A stretch of 64,000 nt of DNA. It comes from an uncultured Planctomycetota bacterium (lineage in GTDB: Bacteria; Planctomycetota; Planctomycetia; Gemmatales; Gemmataceae). The stretch is taken from the NCBI GenBank assembly GCA_963849325.1, contig CAWKHF010000010.1:320001-384000 (forward strand), read 5' to 3'. Below, in pieces: positions 1 to 9,902 of this stretch (its first letter is position 1; each line of letters begins with the position of its first letter). A model generated the notes under the pieces. That model had not been told where the DNA came from. It saw only the letters and a program-made list of their open reading frames with translations, and ran no database searches. The position numbers and the translations under genes are program-made.

Positions 1-112
1 GGCGCGAGCGGCGACGGAGAAGCCGCCGGCATGACAGAAAGAACGATAGAATCCATCGTTGTTGGTTCGCCCTTGTGATATATTCTCCGGAAGGCTCGGG
101 GAGGACAATCAA

Positions 113-415
113 ATGACCGAACAGAACGTGTCTGTATCCGAAACCACGCTCGCCCGACTTGAGGAGATGGCGAGCTGGGTGGGCGTGTCTATCGCGGAAA
201 TCCTGGAGCGTACCGTCAAGGAGCAATACGATCGGCGGTTCTGGGACGCGGTCAACGCCGGTTACGCCGCCATGCGTGCCGACCCGTCGGTCTGGGCAGA
301 CATCGAATCCGAACGTCGATTGTGGGAGAACACTCTCCTGGACGGTCTCGATCCTTCCGAGGATTGGATGGAAAGGGGAGACACGCCGCCCGCTGAACCG
401 GAGCAGGCATCATGA
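113..415 (+). CDS. Putative antitoxin of the downstream MazF/PemK toxin
   Basis: About 100 aa, RHH-like N-terminus, acidic C-terminus (ERRLWENTLLDGL); GAGGA RBS; ATGA overlap with the toxin. Confidence 0.75.
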   Translation: MTEQNVSVSETTLARLEEMASWVGVSIAEILERTVKEQYDRRFWDAVNAGYAAMRADPSVWADIESERRLWENTLLDGLDPSEDWMERGDTPPAEPEQAS

Positions 416-762
416 GCAGTCCATCCTCGCCCCAGCGCGGTGAAGTTTGGCTGGCCGATCTCGATCTGACTTTCGGGCACGAACAAGGCGGATCCCGGTC
501 GGTGTTTATCGTCTCCGTCAATTCTTTCAACGCAGGATTGTCCGGCCTGGTGGTTATCTTGCCTCTTACGTCGCGCATTCGGACATTGCCACTTCATGTT
601 CCTGTCAGCCCACCGGAGGGCGGTCTGCGAAAGCCCAGCGTGATCCTTTGCGATGCGATCCGCTCTATCGACCGCCGCCGGCTCATCGATCGGTGGGGTA
701 GTGTCAACGCCGCCACGCTCTCCAGGGTAGAGGATCGGCTGCGCCGACTTCTGAATCTGTAG
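412..762 (+). CDS. mazF: Type II toxin, PemK/MazF family endoribonuclease
   Basis: PQRGEVWLADL..GHEQGGSR, VVILPLTS, SVILCDAIRSIDRRRL motifs. Confidence 0.9.
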   Translation: MSSPSSPQRGEVWLADLDLTFGHEQGGSRSVFIVSVNSFNAGLSGLVVILPLTSRIRTLPLHVPVSPPEGGLRKPSVILCDAIRSIDRRRLIDRWGSVNAATLSRVEDRLRRLLNL

Positions 763-841
763 CCCGCACGATAGATCAACAATTCCTGCGCCTTACGAAC
801 CTGGAGCATCAACCGAATCATTACTGCGGAGACAACGCCCC

Positions 842-1969
842 CTATTTCTTATCCCGCTGTCCGTGCTGGAGAACATACTTGAAGAAGAGATAAATCTGCT
901 CGTTCGACTCCGCGGTGGGCGGATGTCCCTTGCGATTGGTCATGGCGACGCGGTCCTTGTGGCCCAGCAGAGCGTTGACGGCGATGGCGTGGTTGAGAGC
1001 CTTCCAGCGCTCTGGCTGATCTTCCGCACCGCCGGAGACGAGGAACGGCCGCGGGGCCATCAGGGCGTGCAGCTCGTGCAGGTCGTGCCCTGTCTCGATC
1101 AAACGCTTGTAGGCGCCGGTGCGCGGGTTCTTGTCGTTGGGGATGCCCGGCTTGCGTTCGCGGCCCGGCTCGTAGCCCAGATACCAAGGCTCCCAGTAAT
1201 TCACGTTGCTTCGCTTCTCGTCGAAGACAATACCGGGGTCCGACCAGACACCGCAGGCGAAACCGTCGTCGAGGCAGGAGGCGAACATCGCCCACTTGCC
1301 GCCGTAGGAGTGGCCGACAACGCCGATCCGCTTGGGATCGACGCGCGGCAGGTTCGCCAGGGCGTTGCGACAGTTGGCGGCAGCGTAGGCGTGGAAGGAG
1401 AGTGGTTGCAACCGAGCCTTTTCCTTGTTCGGATAAAAGGTCGCCGGCGCGCTGCCCAGCGACAGAGTCACGAAGCCGCGCTTGGCGAGCTGGTAGGCAA
1501 AGTCGCGGCCCGGCGCCTTGCCCTGGCCGATGCCCGTTTTGGCGTCGTAGAAGACCACCAGCACCGCGGGGGCTGGACCCTCACCGTCCGGCACGAGCAA
1601 GTAAGCATCCTCGGTCGTGAGGCCGGGGGCGATTTCGATGCGGATGTGATGCTGGGTTAGATCCTCGCGCCGCTCCTTGGCAAGATAGTCGATTTTCGGC
1701 TTCTCGATGAGCGCCGGCCACGGTCCCATGATGTCGTGCCAGGTTTTTCGTATCTCCCGCCGTCGCTTCGCCCAGTCGTCGGCGTTCTTGACAGCCCGAC
1801 CGTCCTCGAACTTCAGCGGCGACTTGTAGGGGCCGAAATCCCCGGCGAACTCAGCCGGCGGATGGAAAAACGGCGCCAGGCGCGAACCAGGCTCCTCGGC
1901 CGCGCCAGCGCGCCCGCACAAACCGGCCAGCACTCCGGTCAGAATCACAAACGAACGTCGAGGGGTCAT
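842..1969 (-). CDS. Secreted alpha/beta-hydrolase (dienelactone hydrolase/esterase-like)
   Basis: Signal peptide; nucleophile elbow GHSYGG; LHALMAPRPFLVSGG. Confidence 0.8.
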   Translation of the reverse strand: MTPRRSFVILTGVLAGLCGRAGAAEEPGSRLAPFFHPPAEFAGDFGPYKSPLKFEDGRAVKNADDWAKRRREIRKTWHDIMGPWPALIEKPKIDYLAKERREDLTQHHIRIEIAPGLTTEDAYLLVPDGEGPAPAVLVVFYDAKTGIGQGKAPGRDFAYQLAKRGFVTLSLGSAPATFYPNKEKARLQPLSFHAYAAANCRNALANLPRVDPKRIGVVGHSYGGKWAMFASCLDDGFACGVWSDPGIVFDEKRSNVNYWEPWYLGYEPGRERKPGIPNDKNPRTGAYKRLIETGHDLHELHALMAPRPFLVSGGAEDQPERWKALNHAIAVNALLGHKDRVAMTNRKGHPPTAESNEQIYLFFKYVLQHGQRDKK

Positions 1970-2001
1970 GGCACATTCTCCACGGCGAACCAGACCCCAT
2001 T

Positions 2002-3342
2002 CTATTTGGCGGCGGGCGTGTTGGCCGAGATTGGTTCCGTCGAGGGCTGGAGTATTTCCGGCCCTCTCTGTCGGAACCAGGCGCGGAGGTGCGGTCCCAG
2101 GTCCGCGCTTCCACCCGGCCGAAGCGACGAGGGAGCGGCGCCCGGCCGAGAATCCTCGGTGGCAAAGGTGACGCCCTCTCGCGGCGCCTGCCGTTCGCGC
2201 GGATCGATCCCCGGCGGCAGCGCTTGCCAGGAATCGCCGGTTCGACCGAAACGACGTCCCTCCTCGAACAGCTGACGCATCAACTTCGGGTCGAACGCCA
2301 TGGAATGCGTGTCTGCCACGAAGTCGCGCGGGACGCCGGTCACGCCGAATTTCATGCCGGCGTAGAGAGTCAGCAAGTAAATCCGCAGCAAATCGCCTTC
2401 CATCTGCGACTGGAACATGCCGCGGAGAGAGTTCTCGGAAACCTGGAACAAACGGCGCCGCACCGGGATGAGGTCCGGGTACAACTTCCCGGCGACGATC
2501 ACGGAAACCGTCCCCGCCGAGCCATCCGGCGCGGGCGAAGCGTCTGGCCCCACGCCGAGCATGTGCGGATGAAGGAACAACGAAGCGCTCACGCCGCCAT
2601 CGACGTGCAACTCGGTGTAGCGCCGGCCGTCGATCTCGACGTCGATCGGCACGGGCGGCAGAAATCCCGGTATCGAGCAGGAAGCCAGCAGGACCTTCCG
2701 AATGAGGCCGATTTTGCCCGGATCGTTGCCGGCGGCGATGGCCCCCACATCCCAGACCACCGACTGCGTGGTATCCAGGTTGGTGGTGCCGACGTACAGC
2801 CTCCGGCCCGCGCGATGGGCCTGGGCCACCTTCGCCACCACGTCCGCAGTGATCTCGGTTTCGATGCGGCGCCGCAGCGGTCCCGAGTCGGCCAGCGAGT
2901 CCGCCCAGGGCAGGGCCGTCAGCGGCCGACGGCGGTAGATGTCGCTGGCCTGGACGGTGGTGTAACTGCGTTCGAGAGCGGCGTCGTACTCTTGCCCCAG
3001 GAAGGCGAACAGACCGATGAGTCCTCCCGCGCTGACGCCGGTCACCACGTCGAACTGGGGCCGTGCGCCGGACTCAGTCCAGCCTTTGAGGACGCCGGCG
3101 GGGTAGGCCCCATTCATCGCACCCCCGGACAGGACCAGGACGTGAGAAGGTTTGCACGACACGGCTCGAACGGCTGGCTCGATTCGCGCTGCCACGTTCG
3201 ACTGGCGGGGCCCCGCCGTTCCCACATCGATCAGGCGGACGGAGCGAGGGACGTTCGGCGCGGGGAAGTCGCGCACGGGGGTGCAACCACTCGTCAGCAC
3301 AACGGCCAAGCCGAGCCAGGGTCCGAGACGACGTATCCGCAT
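2002..3342 (-). CDS. Patatin-like phospholipase, probable lipoprotein
   Basis: LSGGAMNG, GVSAG and DGG motifs; lipobox-like TSGC. Confidence 0.85.
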   Translation of the reverse strand: MRIRRLGPWLGLAVVLTSGCTPVRDFPAPNVPRSVRLIDVGTAGPRQSNVAARIEPAVRAVSCKPSHVLVLSGGAMNGAYPAGVLKGWTESGARPQFDVVTGVSAGGLIGLFAFLGQEYDAALERSYTTVQASDIYRRRPLTALPWADSLADSGPLRRRIETEITADVVAKVAQAHRAGRRLYVGTTNLDTTQSVVWDVGAIAAGNDPGKIGLIRKVLLASCSIPGFLPPVPIDVEIDGRRYTELHVDGGVSASLFLHPHMLGVGPDASPAPDGSAGTVSVIVAGKLYPDLIPVRRRLFQVSENSLRGMFQSQMEGDLLRIYLLTLYAGMKFGVTGVPRDFVADTHSMAFDPKLMRQLFEEGRRFGRTGDSWQALPPGIDPRERQAPREGVTFATEDSRPGAAPSSLRPGGSADLGPHLRAWFRQRGPEILQPSTEPISANTPAAK

Positions 3343-3601
3343 GACTGTGCCTTGTACCCCCACGCCCTCGGTGCCGGCGGGGCAAGCGCCGGGGGACGGT
3401 TCCGCCTATAAGATCCCGCCCGCGAATGCTCAAGAGCAGTTTGCGGCCGATGGGTCGAGCGACGGTCGGGAAGCATACCTGAGCGCTCGCCGACCCCTTG
3501 TCAACTACCCCTCAAACTCCGAAGAAAAGCAATACCTTTCGTTCCGTGACCTCGCGGCACGGGGCGAACGGTCGCACGGCGAACCGGGGATGTTGCTCAT
3601 C

Positions 3602-4600
3602 ATGGCGATTTCTTGCTTGATTACCGGAGCGACGGGCTTCGTGGGCGGCCATCTGGTCGAAGCGTGTGCCGGCCGCGGCTGGGACGTCCGCGCCCTGGTG
3701 CGCTCCGGCAGCGATACGACCCTGCTGGAGCGCCACCACGTCACCCTCGTCCGCGGCGACCTGACTGACGCCGCCGCCGTGCGCGACGGCGCTGCAAGGC
3801 GTCGAGGTCGTGCTGCACTGCGCCGCCAAGGTCGGCGATTGGGGGCCGGTCGAGGAATACCGCGCCGTCAACGTCGAGGCGTTGCGCGGCCTGCTCGACG
3901 CTTGCCGTAACCAGCCCCTGAAGCGCTTCGTCCACTTCAGCAGCCTCGGCGTCTACGCGGCCCGCCATCATCACGGCACCGACGAGACCGAACCGCTGCC
4001 GGCGCATCACATCGACGGCTACACGCAGACCAAGGTCGAGTCCGAACAGCTCGTGCTGAGTTACCACCGCGAGCACAGCTGCCGGTGGTGGTGCTGCGTC
4101 CCGGTTTCATCTACGGCCCGCGCGACCGCACACTCATGCCGAAACTGCTCGATAACCTGCGTCAGCGCAAGGTGCGCTAGATCGACAGCGGCAAGTGGGC
4201 CATGAACTGCATCTACGTCGGCAACCTCGTCGAGGCGGCCCTGCTCGCCGTTGAGAAGCCGGAAGCGGTCGGACAGATTTATAATCTGACCGATGGCGAG
4301 TTGGTGTCGAAGCGGCGTTTCATCGAGAGCATCGTCGACGGCATCGGCCTGCCCCAGCCCAAGCCGGTGTCGGTGCCGTTGTGGGCGGCCCGCGTCATGG
4401 CCTGGTGGATGGAGGCGCGGCGCGCGCAAGAAGAACAGCCCCAAGCCGCCGCGCGCTGACGCAGGGCCGGCTCAAGTTACTCGGCCTGAATCTCGATTTC
4501 AGCATCGACAAGGCCAAGCGCGAGTTGGGCTATCGGCCGCGCTGGAGCTTTCGACGAGGGCATGCGCGAAACCGTGGCCTGGTACAGGCAAAACGCTTAG
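3602..4600 (+). CDS. NAD-dependent epimerase/dehydratase (SDR); several frameshifts and one in-frame TAG
   Basis: ITGATGFVG, YxxxK (YTQTK), LRPGFIYGPRD and GQIYNL pieces in different frames. Confidence 0.8.
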
Positions 4601-4642
4601 AATGTCCTCGAACCGCCTTCAACCTTTTCCGAGGAGACCACG

Positions 4643-5191
4643 ATGGAGCTGCAAGGCAAGCGCGCCGCGGTACTGGTCGAGCAGCAGTATCAGGAGATGG
4701 AGGTCTGGTATCCGATCTATCGGCTGCGCGAGGCCGGCTGCAAGGTGACGCTGGTCGGCCCCGAAGCCGGCCAGAGCTATCCGAGCAAACTCGGCTATCC
4801 GGCCAAGAGCGACAAGTCGGCCCGCGACGTGTCGGCCAACGACTTCGACTTGCTCGTCATTCCCGGCGGCTTCGCCCCGGATTACCTGCGCCGCAGTGAG
4901 GCCGTGCTGCGCCTGGTCAGCGACATGGCCGAGCAGGGCAAGGTCGTGGCCGCGATTTGTCACGGCCCGTGGGTGCTGTGCTCGACGCAGGCGCTCAAGG
5001 GCAAACGGGCCACCTGCTTCTTCGCCATCAAGGACGACGTAACCAACGCCGGCGCTCGCTACGTCGATGCGGAAGTGGTGCGCGACGGCAACCTGATCAC
5101 CAGTCGCAAGCCCGACGATTTGCCGGCGTTCCTGCGGACCATCATCCAGGCCGTGCGCGAGGCGAAGCCGGCGCCGGTCGGGGCGCGCTGA
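4643..5191 (+). CDS. PfpI/DJ-1 family protease/deglycase
   Basis: VIPGGFAPDYLR, AAICHGPW, DGNLITSRKPDDL. Confidence 0.9.
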   Translation: MELQGKRAAVLVEQQYQEMEVWYPIYRLREAGCKVTLVGPEAGQSYPSKLGYPAKSDKSARDVSANDFDLLVIPGGFAPDYLRRSEAVLRLVSDMAEQGKVVAAICHGPWVLCSTQALKGKRATCFFAIKDDVTNAGARYVDAEVVRDGNLITSRKPDDLPAFLRTIIQAVREAKPAPVGAR

Positions 5192-5216
5192 AGCGCCGAC
5201 CGGGGAGGACTGGACC

Positions 5217-5510
5217 TTGGAGCGAACCACTGTCAAGGTCTATGGCCTGTTCCCACGGACGCGGCGCCGCTACGTCATCGAGGCGATGGCCGGGGCCGCC
5301 TTCGGTCTGGCTCTTTTCGTCGCCTGGTGGTTCGGGTGGCCGTATCTGCGGCAGCGGTTGACCAGCCTGGAATTGCCGCCGTTTGTGCGGTTGACCGTCG
5401 CCGTTCTCGATGTGCGCCCTGGATCTTGCTCGCAGCGGCACTGGGCAAAGGCATGGAAGTCCTGTTGGTCCTGCGTTCGTTCGCCCGTAAGGAAGTCTCC
5501 AAGCCTTTAA
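5217..5510 (+). CDS. Small membrane protein (likely frameshifted)
   Basis: Two hydrophobic segments split over two frames; GGAGGA RBS before TTG. Confidence 0.5.
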   Translation: MERTTVKVYGLFPRTRRRYVIEAMAGAAFGLALFVAWWFGWPYLRQRLTSLELPPFVRLTVAVLDVRPGSCSQRHWAKAWKSCWSCVRSPVRKSPSL

Positions 5511-5548
5511 GGAATCCGCCACACCAACCTATATCCGGGAAGTCTTCC

Positions 5549-6715
5549 ATGCCTTCACACTTTTACGCCCCGACCAAAGAAGACAAGTTCGCCTTCGGCG
5601 TCTGGTGCCTGCAAAACCGCGGCCGCGATCCGTTCGGCGACCAGACGCGCCCGGAACTGCCGGCCCTGGAGTGCATCAAGGGTCTGGCCCAACGCAACTG
5701 CTATGGCTTCGAGTTCCACGACAACGACATCCTCCCCTTCGGCGCCAGCGCCGCGCAGCGTGATCAGATTATCCGCGACGTGAAAAAGGCCATCGGCGAT
5801 TGGGGTATCCGGGCCACCATGGCCACCACCAACACCTTCTATCACCCCGCCTTCAAGGATGGCGCTTTCACCAGCACCGACCCAGCCGTGCGCCTGTACA
5901 CAACGCAGAAGGTGATACGGGCCATCGACGTGGCCGCCGAGTTGGGCGCGCAGGTGTTCGTCTTCTGGGGCGGCCGCGAAGGCGTCGAGGTGGACGCCAG
6001 CAAGGACCCGGTCGAGGCGACCCGGTGGTTCCGCGAGTCCATCAATTTCCTGTGCAACTACGTCCTCAGCCAGGGTTACGACATCAAGTTCTCCATCGAG
6101 CCGAAGCCGAACGAGCCGCGTGGCGACCTGTATTTGCCGACCGTCGGCAGCGTCCTCGCTTTCATCGCCACCCTCGATCATCCCGAAATGGTCGGCATCA
6201 ATCCGGAGACGGCCCACATCAAGATGGCCGGCCTGAACCCCTATCACGAATTCGCCCAGGCGCTCGATTCCGGCAAGCTGCTCGACGTCCATCTCAACGG
6301 ACAGAAGCCGCTCCGCTTCGATCAGGATCTCAGCTTCGGCAGCGATGATCTCAAGGAGGCGTTCTTCACGACGAAGCTGCTGATCGATCACAAGTATCCG
6401 GGCACGATCGGCTTCGACGCCCATCCCTACCGCAGCGAGGCCGACCCGTGGGACTTTGTCGATCGCAACCTGCGCATTTACAAGATCATGCAAGAGAAGG
6501 TGCGGCAGTTCAACGACAACCGCGAGATTCAAGATCTGCTCAAGGAGATCCACGGGGCCAACACGAATCTGCGCGGCCTGACGGCGAAATACAGCAAGGA
6601 GGCGGCGCAAAAGCTGAAAGACATGTCATTCGACCCGGTGCAGCTGGCGGCGCGCAAGCTGCCGTATGAACGGCTCGACCAACTTCTCACCGAGTTGTTG
6701 CTGGGTGTGTTGTGA
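5549..6715 (+). CDS. xylA: Xylose isomerase-like protein (class I type)
   Basis: GRDPFG, FHDND, FWGGREG, IEPKPNEPRGD, NPExxH, DQDL, FDAH motifs. Confidence 0.8.
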   Translation: MPSHFYAPTKEDKFAFGVWCLQNRGRDPFGDQTRPELPALECIKGLAQRNCYGFEFHDNDILPFGASAAQRDQIIRDVKKAIGDWGIRATMATTNTFYHPAFKDGAFTSTDPAVRLYTTQKVIRAIDVAAELGAQVFVFWGGREGVEVDASKDPVEATRWFRESINFLCNYVLSQGYDIKFSIEPKPNEPRGDLYLPTVGSVLAFIATLDHPEMVGINPETAHIKMAGLNPYHEFAQALDSGKLLDVHLNGQKPLRFDQDLSFGSDDLKEAFFTTKLLIDHKYPGTIGFDAHPYRSEADPWDFVDRNLRIYKIMQEKVRQFNDNREIQDLLKEIHGANTNLRGLTAKYSKEAAQKLKDMSFDPVQLAARKLPYERLDQLLTELLLGVL

Positions 6716-6736
6716 TACCTTGCGGAGGACAAACTC

Positions 6737-7114
6737 ATGGGCAAGCAACATGCGCCGCGCTTCCTGCAAATTGTGCAGGAGGCCAAGAAACACATTCGTG
6801 AAACCAACGTGGACGAAGTGAAGGCGCGGCTGGACCGCGGCGAGAAGCTGTGTATCGTCGATGTCCGCGAAGAGAGTGAATTCGCCAAGGACCATCTGCC
6901 CGGCGCGATCCATCTCGGCAAGGGGGTCATCGAACGCGACATCGAACAGAAGTTGCCGGATACGGGAGCCGAACTCATCCTGTATTGCGGCGGCGGTTTC
7001 CGCTCGGCCTTGGCGGCGGAGAATTTGCAGCGGATGGGATATACCAACGTCCTGTCGATGGACGGCGGCGTGCGCGACTGGCGCGGCAAGGGGTATCCGT
7101 TGACGTCGGGATAG
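6737..7114 (+). CDS. Single-domain rhodanese/sulfurtransferase
   Basis: DVRE, HLPGA, LYCGGGFRS, SMDGG. Confidence 0.9.
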   Translation: MGKQHAPRFLQIVQEAKKHIRETNVDEVKARLDRGEKLCIVDVREESEFAKDHLPGAIHLGKGVIERDIEQKLPDTGAELILYCGGGFRSALAAENLQRMGYTNVLSMDGGVRDWRGKGYPLTSG

Positions 7115-7129
7115 TTCGCGTGTCCGTTA

Positions 7130-7385
7130 TCAGGGAGTGTACCGGACGGCCGAGACTTCGACGTATTTTGCACTGGGTCGATGGAATAGGAAACCGCAGA
7201 GGCGGTTCAACCAGTTGATACAACTCTTCATGCACCTCTCGTCCGTATCCAAAGGGATCGCGGGCCAGGAGTGCATCGATCTGATTTTGTGCGGCGTTGA
7301 CCGCTGCCCGGTCGCTTGCCTGCGTCCAGACATCCGCCAGCATGTCCAGGGCTTCGGGCAACCATTCGACATGGAACGGCGTCAT
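7130..7385 (-). CDS. RelE/ParE-like putative toxin, copy 1 (frameshift near 7195)
   Basis: FHVEWLPEALDMLADVW..IDALLARDP..VEVSAVRYTP; paralogous to 7702-7956. Confidence 0.6.
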
Positions 7386-7681
7386 ATCGCCTCTCCCGCC
7401 TTAACTCGACGGAGGATTTCTGCCATTTTCTCGGGCGTCATTCCTTCCGCCCGGTCGATTTCCTCGAACCGGCGGAGCATCGCCTGGACCCGCTCCGAAG
7501 GAATGCCTGGCTCTTTCGGAAGACCGCGCCGCCGCAGATGGCGAGCGACTATTTCCGCCTCCATCGGCTCAAACCATTTCAAAAAGGACACCAGTTGTCC
7601 CTTGAAATCGTAGACTTCGACGTTGTTTTTCGACTCGGCCAGAATGCGCGATTGTTCCTCGGTCAACGTGATGCGCTGCAT
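7382..7681 (-). CDS. Putative antitoxin, copy 1
   Basis: 99 aa; ATGA overlap with toxin; paralogous to 7953-8247 (LTxEQ..EPGIPS). Confidence 0.6.
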   Translation of the reverse strand: MQRITLTEEQSRILAESKNNVEVYDFKGQLVSFLKWFEPMEAEIVARHLRRRGLPKEPGIPSERVQAMLRRFEEIDRAEGMTPEKMAEILRRVKAGEAI

Positions 7682-7701
7682 GATGAGCCACCTTTCCGTT
7701 G

Positions 7702-7956
7702 TCAGGGAGTGTACCAAACGGCCGAGACTTTGACGATTTTTTTCGCCTGGTCGATGGAGTAGAAGGCCGTGAGAGGCGCGACCATGATTTGATATAGTCC
7801 CTCTTGCAAAAGACGACCGTAGCCAGTGGGATTGCGCTCCAGCAGGTCATCGATCTGGTTCTGTGCAATGGTCGTCATTGGATCGGAGGTGCGTAACCAG
7901 ATTACGGTCAAATCGCTTTCCGCCTCCGGTTCCCAATCGACCGTGTACGTTTTCAT
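7702..7956 (-). CDS. RelE/ParE-like putative toxin, copy 2
   Basis: YTVDWEPEAESDLTVIW..IDDLLERNP..VKVSAVWYTP; own GGAGG RBS. Confidence 0.65.
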   Translation of the reverse strand: MKTYTVDWEPEAESDLTVIWLRTSDPMTTIAQNQIDDLLERNPTGYGRLLQEGLYQIMVAPLTAFYSIDQAKKIVKVSAVWYTP

Positions 7957-8247
7957 ACCTCCTCCCCGGCGCATGCGACGGAGCAGTTCCCACATTTTGG
8001 CCTCATCCATCCCCTCACGCTGGCGGATTTCTTCCAGTTTGCGCAGATGGGCCTGCACCTGGGCCGAAGGAATACCAGGTTCCCCGGATGCTTGACGCCG
8101 CTTGCACTCGGCGATCACGTCTTCCAGAGGGGTGCCGAACCAGTCCATAAAACACATTAACCGCCCCTCTTGGTCGTAAACTTTTATGCGTTCCTTCGTT
8201 TCCGTCAAGACGCGAGTTTGCTCTTGGGTCAAAACGATGCTCGGCAT
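7953..8247 (-). CDS. Putative antitoxin, copy 2 (reads through into toxin as assembled)
   Basis: Similar to 7382-7681; restoring 2 nt near 7970 gives RRMRAGEEV-stop matching RRVKAGEAI-stop. Confidence 0.6.
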
Positions 8248-8269
8248 AGCTCACCCCCTTTCGTATCCT

Positions 8270-9642
8270 TCACTCTACTCGCTCCGCATCCTCTCGGTCA
8301 ATTACCCTCTCGCGCTGGAACTGCCGTAGTGCCTCCAATCGTTGGCGAATCCGCGCCTCGTAGCCGCGATCGACCGGCTCGTAATAGCGCCGTCCTTCCG
8401 GCAAGTACGTCTGCGGCACCCAGCCCATCGGCGAATCGTGGCTGTACTGATAGCCCTCGCCGTGGCCGAGTTGCTCCGCTCCCTGATAGTGCGTGTCGCG
8501 CAGGTGCTTCGGCACCGGCAGCGTTCGCCCCGAGCGGCACGTCCTCGCGTGCCCGGCCGATGGCCAGCGTCGCGGCGTTGGACTTGGGGGCCGTGGCGAT
8601 GTAAGTGACGGCCTGGGACAGCGGTAACTGACACTCCGGCAGGCCGACGAACTCGACCGCTTGCAGCGCGGCGGCGGCCAGCACCAGCGCTTGCGGATCG
8701 GCGTTGCCCACGTCCTCGGAGGCGCAGATGACGACGCGACGAGCGATGAAGCGCGGATCTTCGCCGGCCTCCAGCATCCGCGCCAGCCAGTAGATCGCCG
8801 CGTCGGGGTCGCTGCCGCGCATGCTCTTGATGAAGGCGCTGGTCACGTCGTAATGAGCGTCGCCGGTGGCGTCGTAATCGAGCGCCTTGCGCTGGATCGA
8901 CTCCTGCGCCACCGCCAGCGTGAAGTCTACCGGCCGCTCCTCCGTCGAAAGGACGCCGACCTCCAGGGCGGTCAACGCGCGGCGGGCGTCGCCGTCGCTC
9001 ATCTCGGCGAGGAAGACGAGGGCATCGTCGCTCGGGTTCACGGGTACGCCGCCTAGGCCGCGCTCCGCGTCGGTCAGTGCCCGCAGCAGCAAGGCGCGGA
9101 TGTGTTCGCGCGTCAGCGGCTCGAAGGTGAAGATCTGACTGCGGCTCAACAGCGGCGAATTGACGGCGAAAAATGGGTTTTGCGTCGTCGTGCCCAGCAG
9201 GATGACGCGGCCCTCCTCCACGTCGGGCAGCAGCACGTCCTGCTGCGCCCGATTGAAATGGTGCAGCTCATCGACGAAGAGGATCGTCCGCCGCCCGGTC
9301 TCCTCCAGCTCGCGGCGGGCCTCTTGCAAGAACTCTCGAACCTCCTTGATCCCGGCAGCGACCGCGTTGAGCTGACGAAAGTGGCAGCGCGTCTGCCGGG
9401 CGATGACGTGGGCCAGCGACGTTTTGCCGCTGCCGGGCGGACCGTAAAAGATCACCGAGCTGAGGCGGTCGGCTTGCAGCAGGCGGCGCAGCAGCTTGCC
9501 GGGACCGAGAAAGTGCTCCTGGCCGATAAACTCGTCGAGGCTGCGCGGCCTCATGCGGACGGCCAACGGCTGGGCCCGCAGAAGGTTCGCCTCGTGGGCC
9601 GACTGAAAGAGATCGGCGGCTCGGCTTACGCGATTTACTCAT
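8270..9642 (-). CDS. rarA: Replication-associated recombination protein A (frameshifted)
   Basis: PLAVRMRPRSLDEFIGQEH, YGPPGSGKT, FVDELH, AFIKSMRGSDPDAA, PKHLRD..GHGEGYQYSHD. Confidence 0.92.
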
Positions 9643-9667
9643 GCTGTTCCCTCTGCTCGGGTGCCGT

Positions 9668-9756
9668 CCGAGCCGCGACCGTCCGACCCGCGACCGTCCG
9701 ACCCGCGACCGTAAGGGAGCGGAGAAGCCAACCGCTCCCTTACGGTCGCGGCTCGG
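9668..9756. repeat. REP-like palindrome (CCGAGCCGCGACCGTAAGGGAGCGG family) with triplicated 15-mer
   Basis: ccga(g/c)ccgcgaccgt x3 + aagggagcgg pairs with ccgctcccttacggtcgcggctcgg. Confidence 0.9.
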
Positions 9757-9800
9757 TTGGGTCCGCCAACGCAAAGCAGGGCTGTTCGTCGAGCCATTTG

Positions 9801-9814
9801 GGCACGCTTTTTGC
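9801..9814 (+). promoter_or_regulatory. Putative sigma-54 (-24/-12) promoter
   Basis: GGCACGCTTTTTGC, exact GG-N10-GC spacing, about 90 nt upstream of the kinase ATG. Confidence 0.6.
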
Positions 9815-9902
9815 CCTTCTCTTCACCGGACAGAGGCGGGCTGATAAAATAAGAGACGTTGCGTCTATTCGTCCCTTCCCCGTGCCGAGACCGTGCGCGT
9901 TC

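Noticed and set aside
4178-4180. In-frame TAG here and at 12468-12470 as amber recoding
   Set aside because: Other genes (mazF, rhodanese) use TAG as a normal stop, no recoding machinery is visible, and single-base errors are more likely.
5217-6715. Membrane-anchored xylose isomerase fusion
   Set aside because: Removing one T in gcctttaa (5503-5510) restores a stop for the membrane protein, so it is probably an indel artefact.
7702-8247. Genuine 181-aa antitoxin-toxin fusion
   Set aside because: The paralogue shows an ATGA overlap at the same place, and an internal RBS and ATG are retained; a 2-nt error explains the fusion.
9668-9756. CRISPR array from short repeats (also 25086-25168 and 57136-57299)
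   Set aside because: No unique spacers and no cas genes; these are palindromic or tandem repeats.
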